Notes: a model not told the origin generated them from the letters alone. Shown: positions 23,479 to 32,830, numbered from the stretch's first letter. The stretch: 44,276 nucleotides of DNA from Myxococcota bacterium (GCA_039208735.1 JBCCQY010000064.1:1-44276); one strand, 5' to 3'. Numbers and translations are program-made.

Positions 23479-25584
23479 ATGGTGAAGCAAGCGCTGTACG
23501 TTGCTGCCGTCGTTCTGCTTGTCATCGCCGGTGCCTTCGCATGGGACTACGCGTCGTTTCTGCGGTCGCGGAGCGTTCGAGCCCAAAGCGAAGGGGCCGC
23601 AACCACTGCGGAACTTCGGGCCCAACTGGATGAGGTGTTGTCCCGCATTGGGAACGAAGCCACCCAGCTGGCCGAACGACTCGGACGCGACCTGGGGCCC
23701 GAGGACGTGCAGCGAATCGTCCGGCAAGGCGCCCTCGCGATACCCGAGCTGCAGGGGGTCACGGCTTGCTATGAGCCCTTCGCATTCGATCCCGACCGAC
23801 GGTTGTACTGCCCTTACTACGACAAGGGTACCCAACGATGGATCTACGTCGAAGACAGCTACGACTACACCGTTGAGGATGACCCAGGAACGGCTTGGTA
23901 TGTGGATGTGCGCAAACATGGCGCTCGCTGGGTCGAGCCGTACTATGCGCGCGCGGGCAAGGACTGGTACGTCGACTACGGCGTTCCCTTCCATTACGGT
24001 TCAGGACCAAAGAAAGGTGAGGTTCGCGGAACCATCACGATGAGTTTCGTCGTACGAGGGTTCAAGGAACTCGTGCACGGCATGGCGCTGGGCCGCACCG
24101 GCTACGGCATCATCACGTCCCCCAAAGGAAAGTTTCTCGCTCATCCCTTAGATGGCCACGTGGGAACCGCGACCCTAAGCGAGGTCCACCCCAATGTTCC
24201 GGAGCCACTCGGAGAGGCGTTTGCGGCCATGGAGCGCGGGGAGTCTGGGCAAATCGTGTTCCACGATGTGGAGCATGATGACGAGGGGCTCTTCTTCTAT
24301 GACCGCATCCCGTCTTCGGGGTGGGGACTTGGGGTGATGTTCTTCAAGGACGATTTGCTCAACGATCGGCACACGTTGGACCAGTATACGATACAGTTGT
24401 CGTTCGTCATTTCCTTGGTCCTCGTATGTCTTCTGGCGACCTGGTTTGCCCGCGACTACCTCGATCCGATCGAGATTGGCGCCCTCTCGCTTCTCGGCAG
24501 CCTGTTGTTGCTCGGCAACATCGCGCTGGTTGGCTATTTGCGGCACTCGGCAGAACGCACGCTCGAGCCTGATGAAAGCCCACCCGTTGTCGATCTCGAT
24601 AGCATCGATCGCTTCGTGGCCCGCCTGCATCAAGTGGCCGATGAACGACGAGACCAAAAGCTCATCCCCGTGCCCACCGGCCTCTACGTCGAACGCATGG
24701 AATTCGTCGACGGCTACAACGTCAATCTCTCCGGGCGATTGTGGCAGAAGTACCCGGTTGAAATCGTCGATAAGGTGGAGCCCGGGTTTCGATTCACCCA
24801 GACGTCTCCGTTCGCGGAGGCGGCCAACATCATTCTGGCCAGTCGGGAACGCATCGCGGGAAAAGAAGGCGAGCAGCAGTATGTCCTCGTCGCATGGGAC
24901 TTCCGCGTCACGCTGTTGATGAATTTCGACTACTCGGAATACCCGCTTGACAAGCGCCACATCGACATTGCGATTGTCCCGATGCACCGACGCGACAACC
25001 TCATGTTTGTCCCGGATCTAAGCAGCTACACCTCGACCGCCCCCTCGGACCGAATTGGCCTTTCTCCTCGGGTGGCGGTGCCAGGAAGCCAGGTGGTAGC
25101 AAGCTACTACAGCTTCTCGATCGAGGGTTACCCCACTGACTTTGGGGTGGGCAACAAGGGGCAATTCGAAGCGGTTCCGATTCTACGGTTCAACGTCGAT
25201 ATGCGGCGCCGATTGTTGAACGAATTCGTCACGTACCTGATTCCCATCATCGTGGTGCTCCTGATGATGTTCATGTTGATCTTGGCGTGTCGCAAAACAA
25301 ACAACCGCCAGGGCATCATCGAGAGCATGGCGGCATTCTTCTTCGTGCTCACTTTCTCGCACATCGATTTGCGAAGTGCGACGTTGTCGCCCGATCTCAT
25401 GTACATGGAACACTTCTACTTCGTGACCTACACCATGATCGTGCTGTCGACGTTCAACTTGATTTCGTACACGGGAGAGCGGCCGAGTGTATTCGATCGC
25501 AACCACAATCGGGCGTACAAGGCGCTCTTCTTCCCAGTGTTCTTCACGTTGATCTTCGCGGGAACGGTTTGGCGGTTCTACTGA
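23479..25584 (+). CDS. Cache-domain-fused prokaryotic pentameric ligand-gated ion channel-like protein
   Basis: N-terminal TM, then dCache-like domain (YDY..AWY..WVEPYY; GYGIITSPKGKFLAHP), 2 TM, a beta-rich domain with the Pro-loop YPLD (24940-24951) and 4 C-terminal TM helices. Confidence 0.8.
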   Translation: MVKQALYVAAVVLLVIAGAFAWDYASFLRSRSVRAQSEGAATTAELRAQLDEVLSRIGNEATQLAERLGRDLGPEDVQRIVRQGALAIPELQGVTACYEPFAFDPDRRLYCPYYDKGTQRWIYVEDSYDYTVEDDPGTAWYVDVRKHGARWVEPYYARAGKDWYVDYGVPFHYGSGPKKGEVRGTITMSFVVRGFKELVHGMALGRTGYGIITSPKGKFLAHPLDGHVGTATLSEVHPNVPEPLGEAFAAMERGESGQIVFHDVEHDDEGLFFYDRIPSSGWGLGVMFFKDDLLNDRHTLDQYTIQLSFVISLVLVCLLATWFARDYLDPIEIGALSLLGSLLLLGNIALVGYLRHSAERTLEPDESPPVVDLDSIDRFVARLHQVADERRDQKLIPVPTGLYVERMEFVDGYNVNLSGRLWQKYPVEIVDKVEPGFRFTQTSPFAEAANIILASRERIAGKEGEQQYVLVAWDFRVTLLMNFDYSEYPLDKRHIDIAIVPMHRRDNLMFVPDLSSYTSTAPSDRIGLSPRVAVPGSQVVASYYSFSIEGYPTDFGVGNKGQFEAVPILRFNVDMRRRLLNEFVTYLIPIIVVLLMMFMLILACRKTNNRQGIIESMAAFFFVLTFSHIDLRSATLSPDLMYMEHFYFVTYTMIVLSTFNLISYTGERPSVFDRNHNRAYKALFFPVFFTLIFAGTVWRFY

Positions 25585-25674
25585 CGTTCGCCGGCTGAAC
25601 GCACGTCACCTGCGGTTTAACGAGGTGCGCCGAGGGATGCAGTTCAATACCCCCCTTAGACAAAGGAGGCACCT

Positions 25675-26199
25675 TTGCTCTGGCTCGCGTTACCCCAAGC
25701 TTTGGCCCAACCCACTGTCCCGCCGTCTCCGCCGGACCGACCCGTCGAGGTGTTTGCTGAGCTCGATGGCATCTGGTCTGGCCAGTTTGTAGGGTATGAC
25801 GCCCAAGGCAAGGAACTCTACCGAATCGATGTGCGCCAGGAGTACACCACCGTCGACGCCCACACCCAGAAGGTCGAGATTCGTGATGCCATGCAGGATG
25901 GCATGGTCATCACGGGCCGAGGGGTGAACGTAGCAAAGCTCGTCGATGGACGGTTGAGTTTGTCGTGCGTTGTCGACAAGTCGAACGGGGACCACGTCGA
26001 GCATCAGGGTCGCATCGTCACACTACCCTCAGGTGAGCCAGGGTTGGTGTGGTCCAGCGTCCGCAAGGGTCGCAGCGAGACCTTCCTGGAGTACGTCACC
26101 GAAGAGAACGGGAAGGCGGTCTATCGGATTCAGGGCACCGGTCGGTATGGAGACACCCTCATCGTCATGAGTGGCCGATACGTCAAGGGCGGCACGTAG
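25675..26199 (+). CDS. Secreted hypothetical beta-strand-rich protein
   Basis: AGGAGG SD with TTG start, signal peptide ending ALA, and a GxW motif followed by alternating beta strands (barrel-like). Confidence 0.78.
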   Translation: MLWLALPQALAQPTVPPSPPDRPVEVFAELDGIWSGQFVGYDAQGKELYRIDVRQEYTTVDAHTQKVEIRDAMQDGMVITGRGVNVAKLVDGRLSLSCVVDKSNGDHVEHQGRIVTLPSGEPGLVWSSVRKGRSETFLEYVTEENGKAVYRIQGTGRYGDTLIVMSGRYVKGGT

Positions 26200-26275
26200 G
26201 TGGCACGCATTCGTCGCTCGCAGATCGATGCGCGAGATTGACAATGTGGTAGCTTTCGCTTCGCTTGGAGGGCGT

Positions 26276-28237
26276 ATGCCGACCGATTTCCGCCACCGAC
26301 GTCTTCTTGCTGCGCAAGGTCTGTTTGCGCTTCACGCCGTCCTTTATGGTTGTGGCTTCTTTTCTTCGTGTTTCGTGCGAGGCACCCGCATCGCGACGCC
26401 CAAGGGGCCTCGGCCTATCGAGGACCTGCAAATCGGTGATGAGGTTCACAGCTGGTCGTTCGAGGCATCGACGGTGGTCACCCGCAAGGTAACGGCCTGT
26501 TTGAACGCGCAAGCGGCGGAGACCCTTCGGGTGGAGGCGGGTGAACTCGTCATCGAAGGGGTGAGCCCCGAGCATCCGTTTTGGGATGTCAAAGGCCAGC
26601 GTTGGGTACGGGCCGACGAACTCCATGAAGGTACCGCGCTGTGGGCCTGGATCGGGGCCGATGCTCGCGAACAGCCCATCACCCGCATCGTGCGTGGCGA
26701 GGGGGCAGAGGTCTTCAACCTCACGGTTGACGGAGAGCACAACTACTTTGCCGAGGGACTGTTGGTTCACAACAAGTCCCCCGTCGACGACACCGACTTC
26801 CGCGACACTGCGACCGTCGCCCCGACCGACACCGATCGCGATGCTCCGGTGTGTTTTCAGCAACGCGCGGTCGACAACGGCCAGGTCTCGGTCACCGAGA
26901 CGGTCCTGGCGTTAAGCGACACGCTCGCCGTGCTGACCGATGAGCCCCCGCCGGCGACTCCTTTGCCGACAGGCTTCGAAAGTGCGCCCTTCTACGGAGC
27001 GGTCGACCCCGCCTCCGCCGAGGCCTGGTGGGAGGGATGGACGGCCATCGATCCTGCGTTCGATGGAGGGTTGCCGGGAGCCCGGTTTCATCCCCTTCAG
27101 GCCGAGATCGGCTCGGGAGTCATCATGGCTTCGGCCCAAAACAACTGCGGCAAGCTCGATCCTGCGTACCAAGACGGGGGAACGGTGCAGGTGTTTGGGC
27201 AGACCTTTCCCGTCTGCATCGTGTCGGAGCGAATCACAAGCGATGTCGCTTGGCCGAACTCCCACGTGTTCTTCGTCACTGAGGCTGTGGTGGTGGGCAC
27301 GGGCGATGCACAGCTCGGGGAGGGTGAGCCCTCGACCAACGTGACGTTGACCATCCAGGCGGGCACCCAGGTCTACTTTGCCCCCGGCGACACGACACTC
27401 GTGGTTTCGCGTGGTTCAAAGCTCAACGCCCGCGGGACGCCGGACCTGCCCATCGTGTTCGCTGGGGTGCCTGGCGATGCACTTGGGATGACCGGCGATC
27501 CCACTGACCTTACGGATCGTTCTGCCTGGGGGGGCCTCATCTTTTCGGCCTACGGCCTTACGAATACGGGTGGGGGAGACGAAATGGAGGCGGAGGATGC
27601 CATTCCTCGCACCGAAGAGCGATGGTTTGGTGGAGACGACAACGACGACGATAGCGGCATCCTCCGGTATGCCATCATCGCCGAGGCGGGCTTCGAGTCT
27701 GGCTCTGGCGAGGAGTATGACGGACTACGTCTTGAGGCGGTGGGGTCGCGCACCCAGATCGACCACGTCCAGATCATTGGTTCTGGAGACGACGGCATCG
27801 AGTGGCACGGCGGGGCGGTGAATCTGTCCCACGTCATCTGCAACGGAGCCTCGGACGACAGTCTGGACCAAGACCTTGGCTACGTGGGGTTGGTGCAGTT
27901 CGCTCTGGTGATCTTTGGCAGTGAGAGCGGCGATCGAGGGATTGAGTCCGACAACAACGGCGCCAACTTCGATGCCGCACCTCAAACCGCCCCAGTGCTG
28001 GCCAATCTCACCATCATCGGGGATGTGGGTGGCGATTTTGAATCGGTGGGCGCTTTGCACCGCGAAGGCTGGCGGGGTCAGGTTCTTCGGTCGGTCTTCA
28101 TGGACGGAGACAACGGGATTGGAGGTCCCTTCGAAGACGGCTGTCTCGACATCGATGACACGCTTCCTTCGGAGCTAGTGTACCGCGACGTGCTCTTCGA
28201 CTGTGCGTCGCCTCTGGTAGAGTGCGACGACGACTGA
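26276..28237 (+). CDS. Lipoprotein with N-terminal Hint (bacterial intein-like) domain and C-terminal beta-helix-like passenger
   Basis: GGAGG plus ATG 26276 and lipobox LYGC. Hint runs CFVRGTRI..SPEHPF..VFNLTV..HNYFA..LVHN. The passenger has GGDDNDDDSGILRY, DDGIEWHGG and GIESDN motifs. Confidence 0.87.
   Translation: MPTDFRHRRLLAAQGLFALHAVLYGCGFFSSCFVRGTRIATPKGPRPIEDLQIGDEVHSWSFEASTVVTRKVTACLNAQAAETLRVEAGELVIEGVSPEHPFWDVKGQRWVRADELHEGTALWAWIGADAREQPITRIVRGEGAEVFNLTVDGEHNYFAEGLLVHNKSPVDDTDFRDTATVAPTDTDRDAPVCFQQRAVDNGQVSVTETVLALSDTLAVLTDEPPPATPLPTGFESAPFYGAVDPASAEAWWEGWTAIDPAFDGGLPGARFHPLQAEIGSGVIMASAQNNCGKLDPAYQDGGTVQVFGQTFPVCIVSERITSDVAWPNSHVFFVTEAVVVGTGDAQLGEGEPSTNVTLTIQAGTQVYFAPGDTTLVVSRGSKLNARGTPDLPIVFAGVPGDALGMTGDPTDLTDRSAWGGLIFSAYGLTNTGGGDEMEAEDAIPRTEERWFGGDDNDDDSGILRYAIIAEAGFESGSGEEYDGLRLEAVGSRTQIDHVQIIGSGDDGIEWHGGAVNLSHVICNGASDDSLDQDLGYVGLVQFALVIFGSESGDRGIESDNNGANFDAAPQTAPVLANLTIIGDVGGDFESVGALHREGWRGQVLRSVFMDGDNGIGGPFEDGCLDIDDTLPSELVYRDVLFDCASPLVECDDD
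26369..26773 (+). other. Hint/BIL autoprocessing domain (135 aa, no endonuclease)
   Basis: Cys1 at 26369, block B SxxH, terminal His-Asn at 26768-26773. The +1 residue is Lys. Confidence 0.88.
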
Positions 28238-28246
28238 GAGGTTTCG

Positions 28247-28933
28247 ATGCCCACCTTCGTCTCATCCCCCGCTCGCGACCGCGCGGCCAGTCTCGAGTAC
28301 TGGACGCGGCTGGGCTTTGCCGTACGCTCAGATACGGACGACCACTGTGTTGTTGCGGATGCGGGGATCACCTTGGTCCTCGACCCGCGACCGTTCGCCC
28401 GGCCAGCGCTTGGGCTGATGGGATCGGATTGGGATGCTCGGGTGCCTGCCCTTCGTGAGCTGACCGGCGTGATGGAGACGGACTACGGTTTTCTGACCAG
28501 CGATCCGAGTGGCGCGTGGATCGAGCTACGTCGTGAATTCAACCACGGCAGTGGGGAGCCAGCCGGTTCGTCTGCCCTAGGAACGTTTGCTGGCATGAGC
28601 CTTGAGATGGTTGATGTGGTCAGAGGGCGGGCACTGTATGAGGCTTTGGGGTTCGTTCACACCAAGGGCGATCTGGAGCAAGGTTGGGTGTCGCTTGCCC
28701 ACCCCGAAGGCCTCACGGTGAGTCTAATGAAACCGTTTGCCTGCCCCCACTCATTCGTGAATCCTTCGCTCACCTACTTCAATGGTGGGAACAACCCGTC
28801 GATCATCGCGGATCTTCGGGCTCGGGGAGTACCGTTCGCCGAAGAGGTGACGGTCTTCAACGATCAGGGCGAAGTGGACAATGTGATCCTGCGGGATCCG
28901 GGAGGTCTCGGCGTGTTTGTGTTTAATGATTAG
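28247..28933 (+). CDS. VOC/glyoxalase superfamily protein (two-module)
   Basis: Repeated VOC pattern: SLEYWTRLGF..DPSGAWIEL and ALYEALGF..LRDPGGLGVFV. Confidence 0.82.
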   Translation: MPTFVSSPARDRAASLEYWTRLGFAVRSDTDDHCVVADAGITLVLDPRPFARPALGLMGSDWDARVPALRELTGVMETDYGFLTSDPSGAWIELRREFNHGSGEPAGSSALGTFAGMSLEMVDVVRGRALYEALGFVHTKGDLEQGWVSLAHPEGLTVSLMKPFACPHSFVNPSLTYFNGGNNPSIIADLRARGVPFAEEVTVFNDQGEVDNVILRDPGGLGVFVFND

Positions 28934-28944
28934 CGAGCGGACGG

Positions 28945-29562
28945 ATGGAAAAGAACCTGGGGTCTCTCCTGAGGAGGCTCTCCGACACCGATCCGCTCGG
29001 TGCGGCGTGGTGCACGGCATTGTGCGCATGGACGCGCCACCATTTGCTACCTTCAAACGAGTACCGCCCCGCGACGCTGTTTCGGTTGGTCATGCTGTCC
29101 GCTCAAGGGGTGCCCGTATCTCGCGAACGCTTGGGCACTGCGGCCTTTGAAGCGTGCGATGCGGTCGCCGCGTATGCGCAGTCTTCCGCCTCGGGCAGTT
29201 GGGATGCTGCATACGCGGCCAATGCGGCTGCGAACGGGGTCTACGACGTCAGAAACCACGCAATCGCCTACATCGCAGCGTGCGCGGCCCGGGTCACTGA
29301 CGACATTGGTTTCGCAGAGATGCCGCTTCTTCGTCTCGTTGAGCATCAGCTGACTCCGTTGGCACACCCTGGGCATTTGCCAATCGGCGACTGGTTGCTC
29401 GAACGCAATGCGAAGCCGGGTCGGGTGGGCACACTCGGCGCGTCGTTGTCCTGGGCTCGCCAGCACCACCTTCGGTGGTGGGCGCCTGCCCAACGCTGGG
29501 CTGCCGAACACCGCATCCTTCCACCTTCCGAGTTGTTGAGGAGGTTGCGGGGTCGGGCGTGA
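28945..29562 (+). CDS. Hypothetical Ala-rich helical protein
   Basis: 205-aa ORF starting 11 bp after the VOC gene; AAYAANAAA-type segment. Confidence 0.62.
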   Translation: MEKNLGSLLRRLSDTDPLGAAWCTALCAWTRHHLLPSNEYRPATLFRLVMLSAQGVPVSRERLGTAAFEACDAVAAYAQSSASGSWDAAYAANAAANGVYDVRNHAIAYIAACAARVTDDIGFAEMPLLRLVEHQLTPLAHPGHLPIGDWLLERNAKPGRVGTLGASLSWARQHHLRWWAPAQRWAAEHRILPPSELLRRLRGRA

Positions 29563-29594
29563 TGAGCCGGACACATGGCGAGTGCCAACCTGCT

Positions 29595-30353
29595 TCAAAG
29601 GGACTCACTGCCCTCGCTGATCGCCCACCAGAGATCACTGGAGCGCCGAAGAACCGAAGCGCCGACCGCTGGTACGAGTAAGCTTTCATCGTCGTACTGC
29701 GCACGGAGCGCGGAGTACTCCTTTTCGTCGAGGGGAGCTGTGAAGACGAACACCCCGTCTGGTACAGCAGGAACTCCAGGAGACGGAAGAGCCCACGGTC
29801 GGCCTGGAATAGTCCCAAATTGCTGCATGCAATCCTGGATACAGCCAGGCTCTCCGAACGCCGGCTGACTGGCCTCCCCAGCGGGCGCAACCGAAGCCAT
29901 CATCCAACAAGGAAACTCGTCACAGGACACGAGGATGAGTTCTTCGGCACAGCCGCAGTCGGTGTCTAGAAGACGCTCTGCTGCTGCCTGGGCCGTGTCA
30001 GGGTCCCACCCTGGCGGCGGTTCGATGGGATGAGGTATCCAGGACTCAGCCATGTGAAGGGTGACCTGCACGACCTCGGACATCGTGCGCCGCGCAGCTT
30101 CTGTGGCGAGGTGTCTTGGAGTTTCGTTGGTTTGGCCGGCCCCGGTTTGGGGCAACGGGTTTTCATTGAATTGTCGAACGGTCGCCTGCTTGGGTTCACC
30201 ATCGGTCGACCCAACCGCGGGAGCGGGAGGGGCCACAGGACCCTCGGCCACAGGGCCATTCGAGCCGAAACGCAACGAGATGGACAGGAGCGCGCCAAGC
30301 CCCAGTAGCGACACGAGCAGGAGCAGGATGCCGAGGCGTTGCCATCCCATCAA
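29595..30353 (-). CDS. Membrane-anchored hypothetical protein with Cys-rich C-terminal domain
   Basis: N-terminal TM helix, Pro-rich linker, and CGC..CDEFPC..CIQDC. Confidence 0.72.
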   Translation of the reverse strand: MMGWQRLGILLLLVSLLGLGALLSISLRFGSNGPVAEGPVAPPAPAVGSTDGEPKQATVRQFNENPLPQTGAGQTNETPRHLATEAARRTMSEVVQVTLHMAESWIPHPIEPPPGWDPDTAQAAAERLLDTDCGCAEELILVSCDEFPCWMMASVAPAGEASQPAFGEPGCIQDCMQQFGTIPGRPWALPSPGVPAVPDGVFVFTAPLDEKEYSALRAQYDDESLLVPAVGASVLRRSSDLWWAISEGSESL

Positions 30354-30659
30354 GGCGACTTCAAGCGACTCGATCGAAGCCGTCCTGCGAGTCGCCGCCG
30401 AAAGCCACTCTCGAACGCCCTGGCGAGTCCAGACCCCCCATACAGGTGTGGGCCCCGCCCGCCGAACACTGGTGATTCCCTAGGCATTGGTGAGCTTCTC
30501 CTAAGCAAACCTCTTCTTCGTACCAGTGGGTATGACACATGAAATTCCGGCTGTCACCTGCGGAACCGCACCGGTGACTATCCCCGCATGAACGATCTGC
30601 CGGTGACAGCCGACGCCGCGGCCATCAGAGGGGCGCGGCGACTCGCTCGGGTGGCTCAC

Positions 30660-31724
30660 TCATGGGCGCGTTGGTTCGACATTCCAACTGGGAGGGGCGA
30701 CCCGGCGGAAGTCGAACCACGGTAATCCGATGTGGAGGACGGTCACGTACTCCTCGAGTTCGAGGAACGAAGGCTCTTGGGGCTCGACTGCTTCCATGAC
30801 TTCTGCGGTCTCTTCAGGCGTGAAAGTGACGATCGGGGCGGATGGGAATCCAGCACGAGCGATCCCATCCAGAACCCCTGCGAGATGGCCCCACAGCACT
30901 CCGGAATGCAGCCCGAAGATCGCGAACCGTCCTGCCGGCCCTCGTGCCATCATAGATGTTCCAAGCGACACCATTTCCTCTGTCGCGTAGCCACCTGCAC
31001 AATCAGCCTCTGGACAGGGAACAACCTGATGAACTGGCTCGGTGCCCGTGCCCAGAAAATCGATGGTCAGGTTGTGGGGAGTCGGGAGTACGAAGAAGAG
31101 GTCGTTGACCTTGCCCCCAGAGGGGTTGGCTTTGTGCATGGGTGCTCGGCTTGCCGCTCCAGGATCTTCAACGAGCATGAAGTACTCGCTGTAGGAGGCT
31201 CGGCCGGCGGTATAGAGGAGCGCCCGCAAGGTGCTTCCGGGAATTCGTGTATCGACAGCGAACAAAAGCCTCGACGGATCTCCGACTTCATCGGGTGAGG
31301 CCCACGGGCGGCAGTACTCGGAGACGCGGTCGATCCGCTCCCGCAGCTCTGAGAGTCGGTCGCCGAGCGCAATATGGTAATATTCGCCATCAATTTCGCC
31401 TGGATCGAGTTGGCCACGTGCGTCGAGTTGGCCGACGACCTCACCCGCAAAGGTCAGGGGACCATTGGGAGAGGCATGAATGATGGCAGGGGCCAGTGGG
31501 AGCCCTGTTCCCGTCGAGGCGCACTCCGCGAGTGCGTCTGGAGACGGATTCGTCGACGGAAACGAGAACGCCGCAATTGGGAAACGCTGACCCGCGGTGA
31601 CCAGAGGAAGAGTCACGCTTAGCCGGGGTTCGGAAGCCGAAGCATCGACAACTTGGGGTAGCGTCGGGGGTTTCGAACAGGCCAAAGCCCCCAACGTCAG
31701 CGTTGGCCAAATACGATACAACAC
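30660..31724 (-). CDS. Lipoprotein with ExbD/TolR-like periplasmic repeats
   Basis: GTG start and lipobox ALAC. Segments LLFAVDTRIPGSTLRALLYTAGRA and FGLHSGVLWGHLAGVLDGIARAGF resemble ExbD C-terminal folds. Confidence 0.62.
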   Translation of the reverse strand: MLYRIWPTLTLGALACSKPPTLPQVVDASASEPRLSVTLPLVTAGQRFPIAAFSFPSTNPSPDALAECASTGTGLPLAPAIIHASPNGPLTFAGEVVGQLDARGQLDPGEIDGEYYHIALGDRLSELRERIDRVSEYCRPWASPDEVGDPSRLLFAVDTRIPGSTLRALLYTAGRASYSEYFMLVEDPGAASRAPMHKANPSGGKVNDLFFVLPTPHNLTIDFLGTGTEPVHQVVPCPEADCAGGYATEEMVSLGTSMMARGPAGRFAIFGLHSGVLWGHLAGVLDGIARAGFPSAPIVTFTPEETAEVMEAVEPQEPSFLELEEYVTVLHIGLPWFDFRRVAPPSWNVEPTRP

Positions 31725-31932
31725 TGCATCCTCGCGCAATTTCGAGGCTACCCTATCCGGTTCCGCATGCACCGGGTTTGGAATCTGAGGCGCTTTCGCG
31801 ACTTCCTATCCGTGGTACTCCTCGGCGTTCCCCACATCGACGATGATGAGGATATGACCTTAGAACAGGCGCTCTTGGACTTGCAGGCCGCCTTGACACA
31901 CGATCCCCGAACCGCTGCAGGTCTCCTAACAG

Positions 31933-32664
31933 TCATCCGATCGGCCGACGGTTCCATACGCCAGTCGCTAACTCCGCCTTTGGCAGGACGTCCGCCAACG
32001 GATGGTTCTCGGCCAAGGCGTCACCGCACTGGGGAGCGGCGATCCGGTCCATGCGAAACAAACGCCGCGCGTCCTTTTCGAGGTCCCAAGACAGGATGTA
32101 CCAAATCGGAGCGTGGAGCACGAGGGCGATGCATTCGACGTGCCGAGATGAAGGGGTCCCGGCTGCGTCAACGTAGTCGAAGGTCATGGACAGGTTGCCG
32201 GTAAAGCAACGCTCAAACACCGACAACAGGGTGTCGTCGACCGTACCGAGCGACTGTTCGACACGCTCGCTGGCGGGGGCCCCGATCAGGATGCGTCGCT
32301 CGAGCCGCTTCATCGCCCGCTGACGCTCGGGTGACAACGCCATGCGGGCCCGGTCCAGCGCGGCCTCGGCACTTCCCCCGAAAGGAAGGTGGGGTGTGGC
32401 CTTCAAGATGGCGACGGACAGCGCGAGGCCGACGATCTCGGCGACCTCGAAGTGCACCGCACGCGGGCGACTGTTGGGCGCAACGCGTACGCCCCCTCCG
32501 GGTCCCGGCGTGGCACGGATGTCGTGGCCCGCGTCGCGCAAGGTGGCGAGATCGCGGTAGACCGTGCGCTCGGACACGCCAAGGGTCCTGGCAACGGCGG
32601 GAACCGTCGTGGACCCGCGGTACAAGAGAGTGAGGAGCCGGTCTCGGCGCGCAGCGGTTTTCAT
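31933..32664 (-). CDS. YafY-like HTH-WYL transcriptional regulator
   Basis: HTH_11 motif LGVSERTVYRDLATL, GPGGG, and WYL-domain motifs WYILSWD and RLFRMDRI. Confidence 0.93.
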   Translation of the reverse strand: MKTAARRDRLLTLLYRGSTTVPAVARTLGVSERTVYRDLATLRDAGHDIRATPGPGGGVRVAPNSRPRAVHFEVAEIVGLALSVAILKATPHLPFGGSAEAALDRARMALSPERQRAMKRLERRILIGAPASERVEQSLGTVDDTLLSVFERCFTGNLSMTFDYVDAAGTPSSRHVECIALVLHAPIWYILSWDLEKDARRLFRMDRIAAPQCGDALAENHPLADVLPKAELATGVWNRRPIG

Positions 32665-32686
32665 GATTGCACCATTGCTCCCATCC

Positions 32687-32747
32687 CTGACCGTTTCTGT
32701 CAGTGATTATCGTCGCGCCGCGGAGTCCCTGACACGAATCGTCAGGG
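32687..32747. promoter_or_regulatory. Two palindromic CTGAC-N7-GTCAG boxes, probable WYL regulator operators
   Basis: CTGAC-cgtttct-GTCAG at 32687-32703 and CCCTGAC-acgaatc-GTCAGGG at 32727-32747, in the divergent promoter region. Confidence 0.75.
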
Positions 32748-32830
32748 TTCGAGGTGAGAACTGGGGTGGCCACGGAAGGCCTGAGGCGGCGCGCGAACGC
32801 GTTGACTCCAAACCACCACGAGGGCTAGCG

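Noticed and set aside
23260..23994. N-terminal extension of the 637-aa ORF
   Set aside because: It overlaps the Cache/pLGIC gene antisense. The Tat signal places the true start at 23259.
26369..26773. Canonical mobile intein
   Set aside because: There is no homing endonuclease, the +1 residue is Lys and the host is an exported protein. This fits a BIL domain.
28945..29562. Possible Imm5-like immunity protein
   Set aside because: Only a generic Ala-rich helical resemblance, and no adjacent toxin gene.
31767..32204. 145-aa plus-strand ORF with a protein-like first 55 residues
   Set aside because: Most of it is antisense to the WYL gene and it has no SD or motif. It could be a remnant but cannot be supported.
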